This document shows positions 52,020-64,000 of a stretch of 64,000 bases of DNA, one piece after another. The DNA is taken from positions 1-64,000 of the forward strand of contig JAQGDQ010000233.1 of the NCBI GenBank assembly GCA_030141605.1, read 5' to 3'. Each line of letters begins with the position of its first letter. Position 1 is the stretch's first letter. The notes under the pieces are model-generated. The model saw only the letters and a list, made by a program, of their open reading frames with translations, made no database searches and was not told where the DNA came from. A program made the position numbers and the translations under genes. This stretch comes from Tubiluchus corallicola (taxonomy: Eukaryota > Animalia > Priapulida).

Positions 52020-55000
52020 CTGTAAAATTTGAACAGGTTGCATTTATAATAGACAAATTTGTTTGCTGCAAGGTACACTTTGTGCCTAAAACCTCAAGAT
52101 ATGTCATTTTGATAGGAAAAAATAAAAGACAAAGAGTCAAAGGCACTCAAAATGCCAGTATATTTACAAAATGGATTTCGGACAATGGAGCATTCACTTA
52201 CAAAATATGTGTGCCAAAGTAATCCCCTGCCACTAAACTCAAGTGCCAAGTTTAGTTGTTTTGGTTTTAGTGATTTTCGAAACACAGTAGAATAAAAAGT
52301 GTAAAAATAGACTAATACCAAATAACACGAATTAATTCAGAACATTCCATTACAAAGTCAAAGTCATACGCTTTGATTTCTACTACTTATACTACTCTCC
52401 ACATGCAAGTATGACTGTGTTGGTGTTAGTGATTTTGTAGAGTAGACTAAAAATCTTCTGGTTCTTCCGATTTCTATGGCTCTGCAGCTACTGTACTATG
52501 CAAAATGTCTGAACAGACACTGCGGCAAATGGATGGAGGTCCTACATCTCTGAATCTCTGAAAATGCTTGTTAGGCAGAGAATAACAATAAATAATATCC
52601 TGTCTTCTGAATGGCCAAAACCACAGTATTCTGTTGCTTCCCTTGTACAGGATTCACAAGTTCATGATAACTGAAAGAAGGTTGTTGAACGCTGTATTCA
52701 CAAAGATACACGAATGCACGAACAAATTCACAAAGATATAGTGTCATCCAGAAAAAACATTGCCTCCATATCCTTTATCTGAGGCATTTGTAGGCATTTC
52801 TAAAGGTGACTCATATCAAAAGCTTCATAGAGAAACACCGTGTAGAATAAGTCTTTTCTGCATAAACATATTTATTTTTCAACACAGAATTAACAATAAA
52901 GCAGTATAACTGCTTAACTGAAGTTTTTTCTGTTGGTAATTAAATAGCTAATAATTATCACACAAGTTTACAGGTTTACAAAAGTATTGCAGTGGACTAA
53001 GTAAATGCTATTTTATCTTAAGAATGTTTATACAAGAAAAAGGTTGATGTTGTTCCCAAAACAGAACCAAATGGTAGATATATCAATAAAATCAGACTAG
53101 CCAGGCAAAACAATTTTACACTAAAAGCATAACATGCTTACACGTGTAGCATTCTTTCGTAACTATATGTGACTAAACTTTTCTTTTGGCAGAAATAATA
53201 TACAATTGTGTTTCATGCAACAATAGGTTTACAGAATCAGAAAAATCAAATGAGCCATAAAGAAACAATCTAACTTTACAACTACTTGAATAATTAAGAA
53301 AGTTAATACAAAAATTTGTAATTCTACAAATTTTATTATGAAATTACTGACGTACAGTGTCATATAACAGACATTCCAATTGATGTAACAATATTTCCTC
53401 TACATGAAAATTACAATTATCACATAATAGTAACTCAGATAATTTACGTAGATACAGTGTAATAGAGATACTTGGTGGTGGTTTTGGTAGGAAATTTAAA
53501 GTTCTTTGGAAAGAAGAGAAATTGGGCTACACAATAATCTGTATCTCTTTTACAAATGCCTCAACCAGAATGAGTTGGTTTGAGGGAAGATTTTTTCTGG
53601 ACAACCGTGTATATTACTCATACATTACCTTACAAGCCTCATGTGACCAGAGCTTTGGGGCTGCACTGTCAGGATTTTTCACCACTAACTCAGTCCACTG
53701 CCATGGTAACTCTGGGCGCATTGTAAGAAGCCAAACATCACTGTAAATCTATCAAAAAAGTCATTTTATTTTTTGAATTATGATAATAAATAAGTACATG
53801 TTTTTTGAATGTCCTTAAGGTCAAGCAACCAAAATAACCTGGCTTTACTTGGTTCCCTTAAAATCATCTTGCATTAACGTCATTTTCACCTACTTTTCAA
53901 AAGTTTCAAAAACTTTCAAAAAGTTTTAATTGAAGTTTAAATAAAAATCAATTTAAATTTCATTAAGCACTTCAAAGAAATTATCAAAGGTAAAGTAAAG
54001 TAAGTAAAACGCACCTTATTTGGTCCACCACACCCTCCAATAATCAGCAAGTGGTGTTTATCGAGCAATATCTATGAAGAAATGAGAAAAGAAATAAATG
54101 AGGCCAGTTTTGGCAAAGCTGGAATAGGCACTACATAAACTTTACGCTAAATCAAAGCAAAAGTAAAAATTGTTAGTATTCCATCACAGAACTCCATCAT
54201 AAACTCTTAGCGAAAATGACAAAATAATAAATATTTAACAGTTATTGTGACCAACATCTGCTGCAATGTAGTGACCAGAAGGACAATATGTTTGTTTTCA
54301 AAAAAGTGTTTTTATTCCCATTATATTTTGGCATTTTCTGCCAATTCTACATGAGACAAAAATGTGCTCAAAGAATGCAACTTATAACTTCTTACATGTG
54401 AGTGATTGTATCTAGGCAATGGCTGAACTTCTGATGTCGGAATTCTGCACCATTTAAACTGTTCCAAATCAAGCATCCACACATCATTAAAACTAAAAGA
54501 AAAAGCTGTGTGAGAAACAGAAATGTGAAAAACCTTCTTAAGCAAATTTCTGAAAAGTACTACCAACTGTTATACTACCACAACCAGAAAAATTAATTTA
54601 TACAAATTTCATAAAATGTCAAGCAGATCCCAAAAGTCTAACGCAAATAAAAACGCTAAAAATCAAACTCTTGCTACTGCATTACACTACACTTACCAAC
54701 TTACACCTTGGCATCCTCCAAACACAATCATATTTTTTCCAATAACAGTTGCTGAGTGACCTGCCATTGGCTTAGGTGAAACTGATGGCGGTGTATTGAC
54801 GGCTGTCCATTTGTTAGTGTTAGTCGCATACACATGAACCTAAAATACACAGAATTTTATCAACAGAAAATTTTAAAAAACAAGGGAATGTAGAAATAGA
54901 TGCCTAGGGATGAGAAATTTTCTAAAATCAGATTAGGCAACAACTCAACAATGTTAGTCAAGAATTCTTAAGATTCAACTCGTGATACATATATCGTAGC

Positions 55001-58000
55001 TAAGGAATTATTCTCTATTGAAAAAATAGTAAAACTGTTATAATTTTAATGTAAAAAAAGGTTTTTGTCTTTTTACTAACTTAGTAATTAGTAATTGCTA
55101 CATTTCACACACTCTCATTAATGATAATATTAAATCTATCTTTCATCATATTGATACAGTAGGTGCCGCTTAATAGACTCACTTTGTGATCGAAGTGTTT
55201 TGACCTAATTAACCAACTGATTCAATTAGCCGACAGATATAGCCTATTATTACTACATGTAAAGAAGTATGAGTCATGACTCATCACCTCAGTATGCATT
55301 GCATACTAAAGGCTTTAAAAGAATTTTAGAAACAAATTAATGTCAAAATTCCTACATGCAATTATTTAAGAATATTAATTTATATAAGTGAATTAATAAA
55401 AACAGAAAATAAAAAATCGCACAAATCTGATTATTATACCACCAAAAATTAGAAAAAATCATGCAAGGTTGGTTACTTGATTTGTTCAGGAAGAAGTTTG
55501 TTTATGAAATTCTCGTAATGATCCAAACGTTGAAAATATGTTGCTGTATACCGCACATATTCACCTAGCTACCTAGTGATTGAGCTGCAGTTGGTGGTGA
55601 CCTTGCTTTCCCCTGAAAAGCAGCGGGAATTTCAACAGCAAACCCTTGGGCAAGTGATTAAATGTTTAGCTTCTAGAAACAACGAGGTTAACTGCAGCAG
55701 ACAAGTGGATGACAGATTCAAAGCAAAACCACTAGGCTAACATATTATCGCATATGATAAATGTACTGTACCTACTTACAAATGAAGCCATACTCACCAT
55801 GACTTTTTCTGTGTATAACAGGTACTATGCACAAAATCGACGTAAAGATGATCTAAAAGCAGTAAAAGCTCTTTGGGCACACACAAATGTCTTATTTTAA
55901 CTACGTAAAAGTAAAATATCGAATCAGTTATATGAAGTTATTTGAGTCAGTTACCGTCAGTTTTAATAGACATTTGAATAGGAGCGGCCCGTACCAGACA
56001 TTTTTGAGTCAATTAGGCAACTGATTCTATTAACCATGAGTCTAATAAATGGCACCTACTGTAGTACTTTTTTGTGCTATGAATCAAAATATCAGATATC
56101 TATTATAATATCCTTTAAATATCCAATAAGTCAGAAGAAAAATTGAGAAAAATTTTACACGAGAAACTTTCTAAAGTGAAGTGTCCAAAAATGACAAAAA
56201 ATAACAAAAGCTGACAAAAACACGTTATTAATTTAAAATGGAAGAAACAACTTTATTAAGTTACTTACATTATTAGAAAACAAACTTGACTGATAATATG
56301 GAAACTGGCCTGGTGGCGAATAGCCTCCAAACAACACAAGAAAATCCTTGTACACAACAAGAGAAGAACTAGCTTTCGGACTAGGATATGACCCTAAATA
56401 ATAAAATAGAAAATTGTCTCAATGTATAGAGTGATATGCTTTGCAACAAAACCTTACATGAATTTCTACGTCATTCAATGTGCTCCTTTGGAAGGGTGCT
56501 GCTAAACAACCTAAATTGTATGGTACCTTCACTTTCATGTTTATCGCCATGCGAGCACATTCAAGACTATATTATTAACTGTCAATTCTCAGCACTGATT
56601 GTTTAAACCCAAGCGTATATTTCAAAAATTTTATGAGCAAATATGATAAAAATTTCAAAAAGCTAATTTGATAAAAGTACCTGTAGCCAAAGGCCTAATC
56701 CATTTTCGAGTCTCAAGATCAAACCGCCACAGATCATTAAAAGTTGTACAACTAGCTGTGCACCCACCAAATATAAACATGCTTTTCTGATAGTAGCAAG
56801 AGCAATGAGAAAACCTGTAAAAAAACAATCACTAAAAATAACCCTGAAGTAAAAAAATAAAACATATTTAATTCTGCTCCAGTTCAATTACACCCTGTAT
56901 TACTTCACAGAGCATTTTAACAAAGTTATTTATAATGATTAGCTATAAAAAATACCTATAAAAATGAAATTGTTGAAAATAAATACTTAATTTTAACAAG
57001 ACAATTACGTTGTATAGCCGGACACCGCTATACAAATACTAATTAAATCTTCTGTTTACAAGCCTAAAATTTAACAAACATCAACACATCGTCAGAATTC
57101 CTATTGTCATTTTGCAACAGCCTTGAAAGCACAAAAACCTAATCAGAACTTGAGAGTCCTATTGGCAATCTTAGTGCTATACCCTTTTGAATACTGCTTA
57201 ATGGTGAATAGAATTTCTGAAATCACCTTCACAAAACAACAAAATTTTGAAACTACCAAGCAAAAATTCTTTGAAATAAGTGATGCATAAATTATAAAAT
57301 CTGAAACGCTAGAAAAATCTTGTCAAGTTCAGCATCAAGTTTTGCAAATGTTTTGTGACATAAGTGACTAAACTAACCTCTCCGTGATGGTGGGGCCAGG
57401 TCCTGCTCTTATCATCAGACATTCAAGTGAGCAATCGACATCAAGTGATTTACAAAGACTTGCCTTGGTAACAGTAATCACTCCTGCAAATTTAACAAAA
57501 AATTTCAAATACAAAGAACATAATTTTGTGTTCACACAATTACCATCACAAATTTTAGTAACTTTTAATTATGAGCACTGAAGAAGAAAACATTCAAATT
57601 TAATCAGAGTAAGTGCTATTTTTCAATAAGTGTTAATCACGATAAACTGCTCTGACTGCTGAATTGTCGCAGAACATATCTCTGGGTTGGATAATATTCA
57701 CAGGCAGTTACGTGATGATTTAGATTCTGTTGTTGGTGATATGCTGAAAGCAGGTTTTGTCTCAGTTGTTCACCCAAAGTAATAAGTTCATTTGTAGATT
57801 AAGTATTGCATTTAAGCATTCGGCTTAATAAACTCACAAGCTAATTATAGATATTAAGCTTAGCGATATTAAAGTTTTAGCAAAATTGTGCGATGTAGTC
57901 TAAATTCATTCTTGGGTGTTTAGTGGTACTTTGTCTATGTATGTTGGAGAATAGCGCTAAAGTTCAAAATCATATCAGACAATTAAAAACCGTATAATTA

Positions 58001-58607
58001 GTGAAAAATTTGTGCATCTTTAAAACTCTTAGTGAAAGTTGATATAGTGCAGACATTTTTTCCAAGTCAGGTAATTAGAGTACAACAAAGCACAGATCCA
58101 CCTGCTGGATGAAGGGGCCAATGCAGGTGACTCAGAAGCAAATATAACAGATACAAACATAGCTCAACCTAAATAAATTATATCACAGCTGGAGACACTA
58201 ACAAAGAGGTGTTCAGAAGCCAGAGGAAGAGTTGAACAAACAATGATGCTTAAACAATTATTAAGTGACTATGCAAACAATTCATGTGAAAACTTTAGTC
58301 TCTACTCATGTTCTAGCAACACGGGAAACCCTTTTACCTTATCTATCTGTTTGGTGATTAGACAAACTCTGCCACGTGATTTCACGTATGCTGTCTGATA
58401 GGCTTTTGAGTGATAAAAATAGCAATATTATTTTGGTCACTAAAGAAATAATGACAAGAAACAATTTACTGACAACTTAATTTATAATTCTGCACCTTTA
58501 GCAACACGGTTCCACTTCTTGCAAACAAACATACAAACTTCCAAGTCACTGTATGGAGACAAAAATGACATGATGTACTCCAGCAGTTCTTCTGGTAATG
58601 TTTCCAT
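51135..58607 (-). CDS. FBXO42: F-box only protein 42 orthologue (F-box + Kelch repeats), 9 coding exons, 592 aa: join(58607-58496, 57483-57378, 56814-56681, 56393-56269, 54839-54697, 54492-54396, 54071-54015, 53748-53629, 52019-51135)
   Basis: Manually spliced: 112+106+134+125+143+97+57+120+885=1779 nt, open to TAG, all introns GT..AG with matching phases. F-box [38 protein letters not shown]; Kelch motifs [93 protein letters not shown] match the FBXO42 family as recalled. Confidence 0.95.
53629..53748 (-). CDS. FBXO42: FBXO42 coding exon 8
   Basis: ttgatag|[40 protein letters not shown]|gtaatg. Confidence 0.93.
54015..54071 (-). CDS. FBXO42: FBXO42 coding exon 7 (Kelch)
   Basis: ttcatag|[19 protein letters not shown]|gtgcgt. 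Confidence 0.93.
54396..54492 (-). CDS. FBXO42: FBXO42 coding exon 6 (Kelch)
   Basis: cttttag|.[32 protein letters not shown]|gtaaga. Confidence 0.93.
54697..54839 (-). CDS. FBXO42: FBXO42 coding exon 5 (Kelch)
   Basis: ttttag|[47 protein letters not shown]..|gtaagt, phase 2. Confidence 0.93.
55157..56061. mobile_element. 905-bp pogo/Tigger-like MITE in FBXO42 intron 4
   Basis: TA|CAGTAGGTGCCgcttaatagactca ... tgagtctaataaatGGCACCTACTG|TA; TA TSD on both sides. Confidence 0.82.
56269..56393 (-). CDS. FBXO42: FBXO42 coding exon 4 (Kelch)
   Basis: atttag|..[41 protein letters not shown]|gtaagt. Confidence 0.95.
56681..56814 (-). CDS. FBXO42: FBXO42 coding exon 3 (Kelch)
   Basis: ttacag|..[45 protein letters not shown]|gtactt. 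Confidence 0.95.
57378..57483 (-). CDS. FBXO42: FBXO42 coding exon 2
   Basis: tttgcag|..[36 protein letters not shown]|gttagt. Confidence 0.88.
58496..58607 (-). CDS. FBXO42: FBXO42 coding exon 1 (F-box)
   Basis: ACCATGG start context; [19 protein letters not shown]...WNRVAK; donor G|gtgcag, phase 1. An upstream in-frame extension is possible. Confidence 0.92.
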
Positions 58608-59561
58608 GGTTGTTATACTAAAACTGCAACAACCACAAGAAGTTATCACTTATACTGTATCAGTAAGGTAATTTTATAAAATTTTTATAATAAGAATAAT
58701 AACAATATTCTCAAACAAAAATTTGTAATGATGTTAGTCTTCACTTAATGATTCCTTGTTTAGCAAAATTTTGTTTTAAAGACGACAAACTTTTGCTAGC
58801 ATTTTCTCACTTAATGATACGTGCTTCATTTAATCACAATTTTTTGACTTCACTCAAAGCAGTTTTTTATTTTAATAATAACTTTCAGTTAATTTCAAGC
58901 AGTAAAGCACTACCAGTACTTATTGCAGTATTCTGTTCTAAGCTGTCTGTGGTAAAACTACATTATTTACATTTTTATTTTCAGACACACTGCTAACTCT
59001 AAAGACTACATCCATATCAAGCAAAATCTATTTGCAAATTTTACACCACCTTAGTGTAAATTTTATACAAATGAATTCAGCACACAAACCTGTTGGCCCT
59101 TGCTAAGCAACAATTGTCTAATTGCTTTAGATGAATTTCCACAAGCCATGCTTCGCCAGACTAGCCCCGAGCTTAAATTTTTGGCTGCTTTGCCATGTGT
59201 TAGCTAGCAAAGGCTTCAATGAAGCCAGTTCAAAGTTAACCACTGTTCATCTTCGATCTGTGTTATTTACAGTAAAACAGCAAAGTAGCTGTGCTGCAGC
59301 TTGAAAGAGTAACTGCTAGTTATAGCAAGGCAAACAAAAAAATTAAACAGTAACAAGTTTACACAAATAAATGAAACCCCCAAAAAAACGTACACCCATT
59401 TCATTTGTCTATGACACTATATCTTCCAGTTATTTTACTTTAACTCTCCTCCTAAATTTCCAAAAGGCATTTGCCTCAATTCCACCATCTTTCAATAGAT
59501 GAGATATAATTTGACTGTGCGATATATGTATTAGTGCGGTTAACTACGTCCAGCAATCATA

Positions 59562-60169
59562 CTTGTTGGGAGCAGAGTAGGACACTAGCCGAAGTAAGTT
59601 GGCTATGGGCTAGCCCAAGTAGGACGCCTCGTACATGGGCTGCCTAAGTAGGACACTACAGACAGGTCACGAACTGAGTCGTTAACCGTACTGGCAGCTT
59701 TCGTTGTTGTTGTTTATTTAATAATTGAAAACGTCAATACACATGAATAATTTATTATACATCCGACAAAATAGAAATAAGCTAGTAGAACGGCCAATAT
59801 TAAATTTGGCTTCGATATTAATCTTTTTGAAGTAAAATAAGGCCGCTTTTTAGACGATTCCAACATTTGCTTAAGGTTTTCCTATTTTTTATTTTGTCTC
59901 GTTTCACACACAGGTGATCCGTTTCACTAACTCTTGGAGAAATAATTGTTTTCTACTAAATAAACGGACTAGCGAGCTATGTACCCTACATAGTTTCTCT
60001 CTTTAAAGTATTAGATACTTAGTTTAATGTTATAATTATGTTAATGGAGCTAATAATAATGATGATATTATTGTAAAAATACATTTATAAATTGTCACTA
60101 GGACTATCGATCATTATTTTAAAATAAAAGTGTCCTACTTCGGCTAGTGGCATACTCCGCACCCTACAA
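59562..60169. mobile_element. ~600-bp MITE immediately upstream of FBXO42
   Basis: ttgttgggagcagagtaggacactagccgaagta vs reverse complement ttgtagggtgcggagtatgccactagccgaagta; repeated agtaggac(a/g)c subterminal motif; TA at both flanks. Confidence 0.7.
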
Positions 60170-60613
60170 TACTCTGCTTGTAATATTACTGTGAGTGAAC
60201 GTTAGTTCAAATCATCACTGAAATAAAACCTGCATATTTGGCACTACTGCTCACGTCATAATGCTGTTGCAATATATATGCTTTTAGTTTAACAAAATTA
60301 ATAAAGTCCAGTTAGTCTAACAACTACTCAAGAAATTACATCAAAATTTAATTATACTCGCTTCGAAGTTTCGCATATTGGCAACAAAAGGAATCTTGTA
60401 CGCTTCGTCGTGGCTTTCAAAGATCTCCGTATGTAACGTGTTTTGGCTGCAAAATAGAAATTGGTCAATTTCAGTATAATGAAAGAAGTCAAACAAGTGA
60501 AAGAGATTATGACAACTGTGAATTAGGAAAACGACGGTAATTTTCAGCTTAAATCAGTTATCACAAAAATTATAAGATCACTGAAATTAAAAGAAGAAGA
60601 AACATAATTAAAA

Positions 60614-61405
60614 GGCAGTGGCTAGAGGTACGGATCCGTACTCGTCTTTTCTGCGATACCGAATACGGATCCGTATTCGTAACTATTTTTGCAACAAATG
60701 CGGAACCGTGCTTTTTGTGACATTTACAAAACATACGGATTTTGACAATTTTTACGACATAGGCGTTTGACCATGTGCCCTGCACATCATTGAAAAGTAC
60801 ATGCCAACTTCATGAAAATGGTTATATGGCATTATACAGCCTGTAGCCGTACCGTTTTCTTCATTACCATTTTCTTCGTAATATAATAGCTACACTGTAA
60901 ATATTAGTTAATCTCCTTTTATTGTCTTGCAAATTGTTAGCTTTGATATAGTGCTGTGTATTGCATAAGCTACTATATAGTACTAATTAATCTACCAACT
61001 ATCTCACAAAATACCCTTACATAAAACCGATAAAGTAGAATTCATCAATAATTGGAAAATATTAAAAAAACGCGTAACACTTCGGACTCATAAATTCATC
61101 ATAATATAGGTGTCTATACTATATAAATATACGACTAGTACAGAAACTTACATGGCAAAAAAGTAGCAAAAACTATCAAAAAGTATTAAAATTCACAATA
61201 TTTCATAAGTCACCATCATGTCATCATGTAGACAAATTCATAGATATGTAATATAGTGTTTTAATGTTTTTTTTTCTTATAATTTTTAACGTACACTAAC
61301 TTGCACAATTGTACACATCAGCCTGTCACTGACTGGTTATACACTGATTTTATGTATGATGTAATTTGTTTTACTCTGTACTAGTGTATAATTTTTGCAA
61401 TAAAG

Positions 61406-61448
<43 letters not shown>

Positions 61449-61848
61449 TGTACTATGTATGTCGTGCTGTGTGAGTTGTCGTTGAAGGTTTATAAGCAAA
61501 ATTGGGGTCTGGCTTGCAATTTATTATTGATTCGCAATTATAACTCCTAGCCTCACATTAAGAAATGGTTTTCAACAATAGGGCACACATACCAGGCCTA
61601 GTCAATTGATTGCCCACATTTTTGCAGATATTGCTGATATGAGGATATTCAATTTCATTCAATCCACGGATTTTGTGGATGCGGATATTTACAGTTGCAG
61701 ATTTTGCGGTTGTTTTGGGGGTATGGCGATCCATATTTTCTCGTTAATATCTTTCGCGGTACGGATCGATCCGTTTTTTTAATGAATGCTTTAGAGACAT
61801 GGATCAGTGCTGCAGTCCGGATACGGATCCGTACCTTTAGTCACTGTC
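60614..61848. mobile_element. 1235-bp non-autonomous MULE-like element with 9-bp TSD
   Basis: TIR ggcagtggctagaggtacggatccgta / gacagtgactaaaggtacggatccgta; TAATTAAAA at 60605-60613 and 61849-61857; multiple cggat subterminal motifs. Confidence 0.8.
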
Positions 61849-62189
61849 TAATTAAAACAAACTAAGATGTATAAAGTTCTTTCTCAGAGTGTAAGAGAAT
61901 TGGCAAATTTAAGTAAACAACTAGAGATTCTTAATTGGTTGAACCACGAAAACTATTATATATATTTTTGTTAGTTAAACTTTGGCTGAGACATGATAAT
62001 TGGTGCTGCAAAATGTGATGATAGATATATTTCCAAATTTTTCAACATAAAAAAATGAGGAAAAGAAAGGAGGAAGTATAGATGCCTTAGAAAGACTTGT
62101 CTGTGAAATGGGTAAAAGTTTTAAAAGATTTGCAGACATTAATGATGGTGTGGGAATGGAATGGTTGGCTAATAGGAGCAGTGTACTTA

Positions 62190-62390
62190 GGTGTTAATGA
62201 CATGGATAATCTTCAGAAAGCATTGAGGTTCGTGAACTGGCTGTTAAATTTCAACACTGAGAAATGTAAAGCTATGACTATTACAAGTAGTAAAAAAGAC
62301 AATCCTGCTGGTGAGAATAAGTTGATTTATGATAGAGATTGCAAGCAGATTCCATGGGTGGCATTCGAAAGGGACAGACTGCTAATATGA
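62190..62390 (+). mobile_element. CR1-type LINE reverse transcriptase fragment
   Basis: NLQKALRFVNWLLNFNTEKCKAMTI...VAFERD (cf. LQxDL..WxLxFNxxKCKVM..ERDLG). Confidence 0.65.
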
Positions 62391-62719
62391 TAGATTTAAC
62401 AGTGTTAGAGAGATGGGTGTAGAAAAAAACTTTCATAGAATTTTGGAAGGAATGGTATTCATAATCTGAAATTTAGTTGTCATGGAGGGGAGTAAAATGC
62501 AAAAAGATTAAAGTTACAACAGGTGCCAAAGAAAGTGATTCATCTAGTGTACATAGTCTATATATTTATATATATATATATATATGTACATGAATTATAT
62601 ATTACATTGTTCTAATGCAGGTTTTTTCATTTATATGAAGGGTTAGTTATCAACGTTTTGGCCTTCGTTGATGTCTTCCCTTCAATTATTCTTTTTCGCT
62701 AATGAGGAGCAAGGCATGA

Positions 62720-63800
62720 ATAATTTCCTGAAATTAGCTGAAGATGTATGACATGAGGTTTGGCCCAACTAAGTGTGTACTTTTATTGTCAGTAGGTGAT
62801 GAGATTCCCATTGGAAAATAAAAGGTTTTTATTGGGTGGTTTTAGAGTAAAATAACAGAAATATTTAGGCCTGCTACTTAGAGAAAGTGAAAATGAAGAT
62901 AACTGGAAAGAAAGGATTCCAGATTTCAGGAAACTATTGGAGTGTTAGTGTACATGGCTATGTCTTCATATTCAAGGAGAGTAGTGGGCAGTACTGGATG
63001 GAAATATGCAAATGTGCCCAAGGTAATGTTTGGTTGTGTTAGTAGGATATTTTACCAGAAAGAGGTAAACTTTTATGATGGTGTGCAGGATGAATTTGCA
63101 AGGTGGATTTTGAAAACAAAAGCGTATGGCGGAGCTGTTGTGAGAAGAGAGCGTGGAGAGAGAGAGAACCAAAAGCGCATTTAACGTTTTTGAATAGAAT
63201 TATATTTATGGGTAAATACCGACTGGTTAAAGGGTAATATCTTTTGCAGTGTGCAGCAGGCAAGGAGCTAAGTGGGTTAGAAGAATAATGCTTTCAGTAA
63301 ATAAAATTAGTATAGAAACCTTTGGAAACATTTTGGCACAAGGAGAACTTTCGTAGGATGGATTGAAAAAAAATGAATGATGTAAATCTTAGTGAAAAAA
63401 GTTGGAACTAGCTAATTGAACAAAAACTGATAAAAAAATGGTTTACAACTATGGCAGAAAGCACTTGAAGCATGTTTTACAGCTAGTAGGTATTTGAATG
63501 ACAGAGCACAACCTTATTTTGAAAGCTGGATGAATGATGGGCATAATACTAAGCTCCTGGTGAAATCCAAAATTGGAACTTTTGAAAAATTGGAAATTTG
63601 TTATTTAAATGGAAGATAGCTGAAGGTAAAAGATTTTGTATGTATGGAAAGCTCGAAAAATTTTCAGCATATTTATTTTACTGTACTGTTCTTATTGTGA
63701 AAATAATCATCAGAAACATGGTTGTTTAGGAAGGATTTTTAGATGAATATCGTATGAGCTGGTTGTTACTCCAAAATATTTATTGTGAAAAATTGCTTCT
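62720..63800 (+). mobile_element. Decayed non-LTR retrotransposon ORF2 C-terminal region
   Basis: RFGPTKC, KYLG, PKVMFGC, FARWIL...AVVRRERG (cf. AVRGELG), RLVK, QPYF..LLVKSKIG and FCMY..LEKFSAYLFYC, in order with stops and frameshifts. Confidence 0.55.
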
Positions 63801-64000
63801 TAGTGATATAATGAAGAAATGTCATTAGGTAGGAATTTCAAGTTTTGTCTAAGTTTTTCTTTTATTTTGTTTTCAGCTGAGTGGCAGTTTTGGCTGTTGA
63901 CCTTGATACAAAAGGATGCAAACTGAAGTAAACTTTTTCTTGAAGATCTCAGTGTGTTGCTGTTAATTACTTCTGGTAGTTTATTCTCTGGTGTTAAAGC

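Noticed and set aside
51703-52032. 109-aa plus-strand ORF
   Set aside because: Antisense shadow of the FBXO42 terminal exon.
52020-52043. ATG start of the 302-aa ORF as an independent gene
   Set aside because: Lies in the intron; the acceptor at 52020-52021 joins exon 8 in frame (EACK|VGNK).

Overview
AT-rich, intron-containing eukaryotic (invertebrate-metazoan-like) DNA; nothing here looks prokaryotic. One complete protein-coding gene is well supported: a 9-exon FBXO42 (F-box + Kelch) orthologue on the minus strand (58607..51135, 592 aa, all GT-AG introns, phases consistent). The remaining ~50 kb is mostly microsatellites, foldback/MITE-type inverted-repeat elements (one with a 9-bp TSD, one with a TA TSD) and decayed LINE, Penelope-like, Chapaev-like, hAT-like and MULE-like coding fragments. 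The most intriguing unexplained signal is a set of three mutually similar, degenerate plus-strand loci (~14.4-14.7, 37.3-38.1 and 43.8-48.0 kb). They have very short exon-like units, and two end in CCx4C terminal exons, which suggests a cryptic or decaying Ly6/three-finger-like micro-exon gene family. All alignments were done by eye; family assignments of decayed fragments are tentative.
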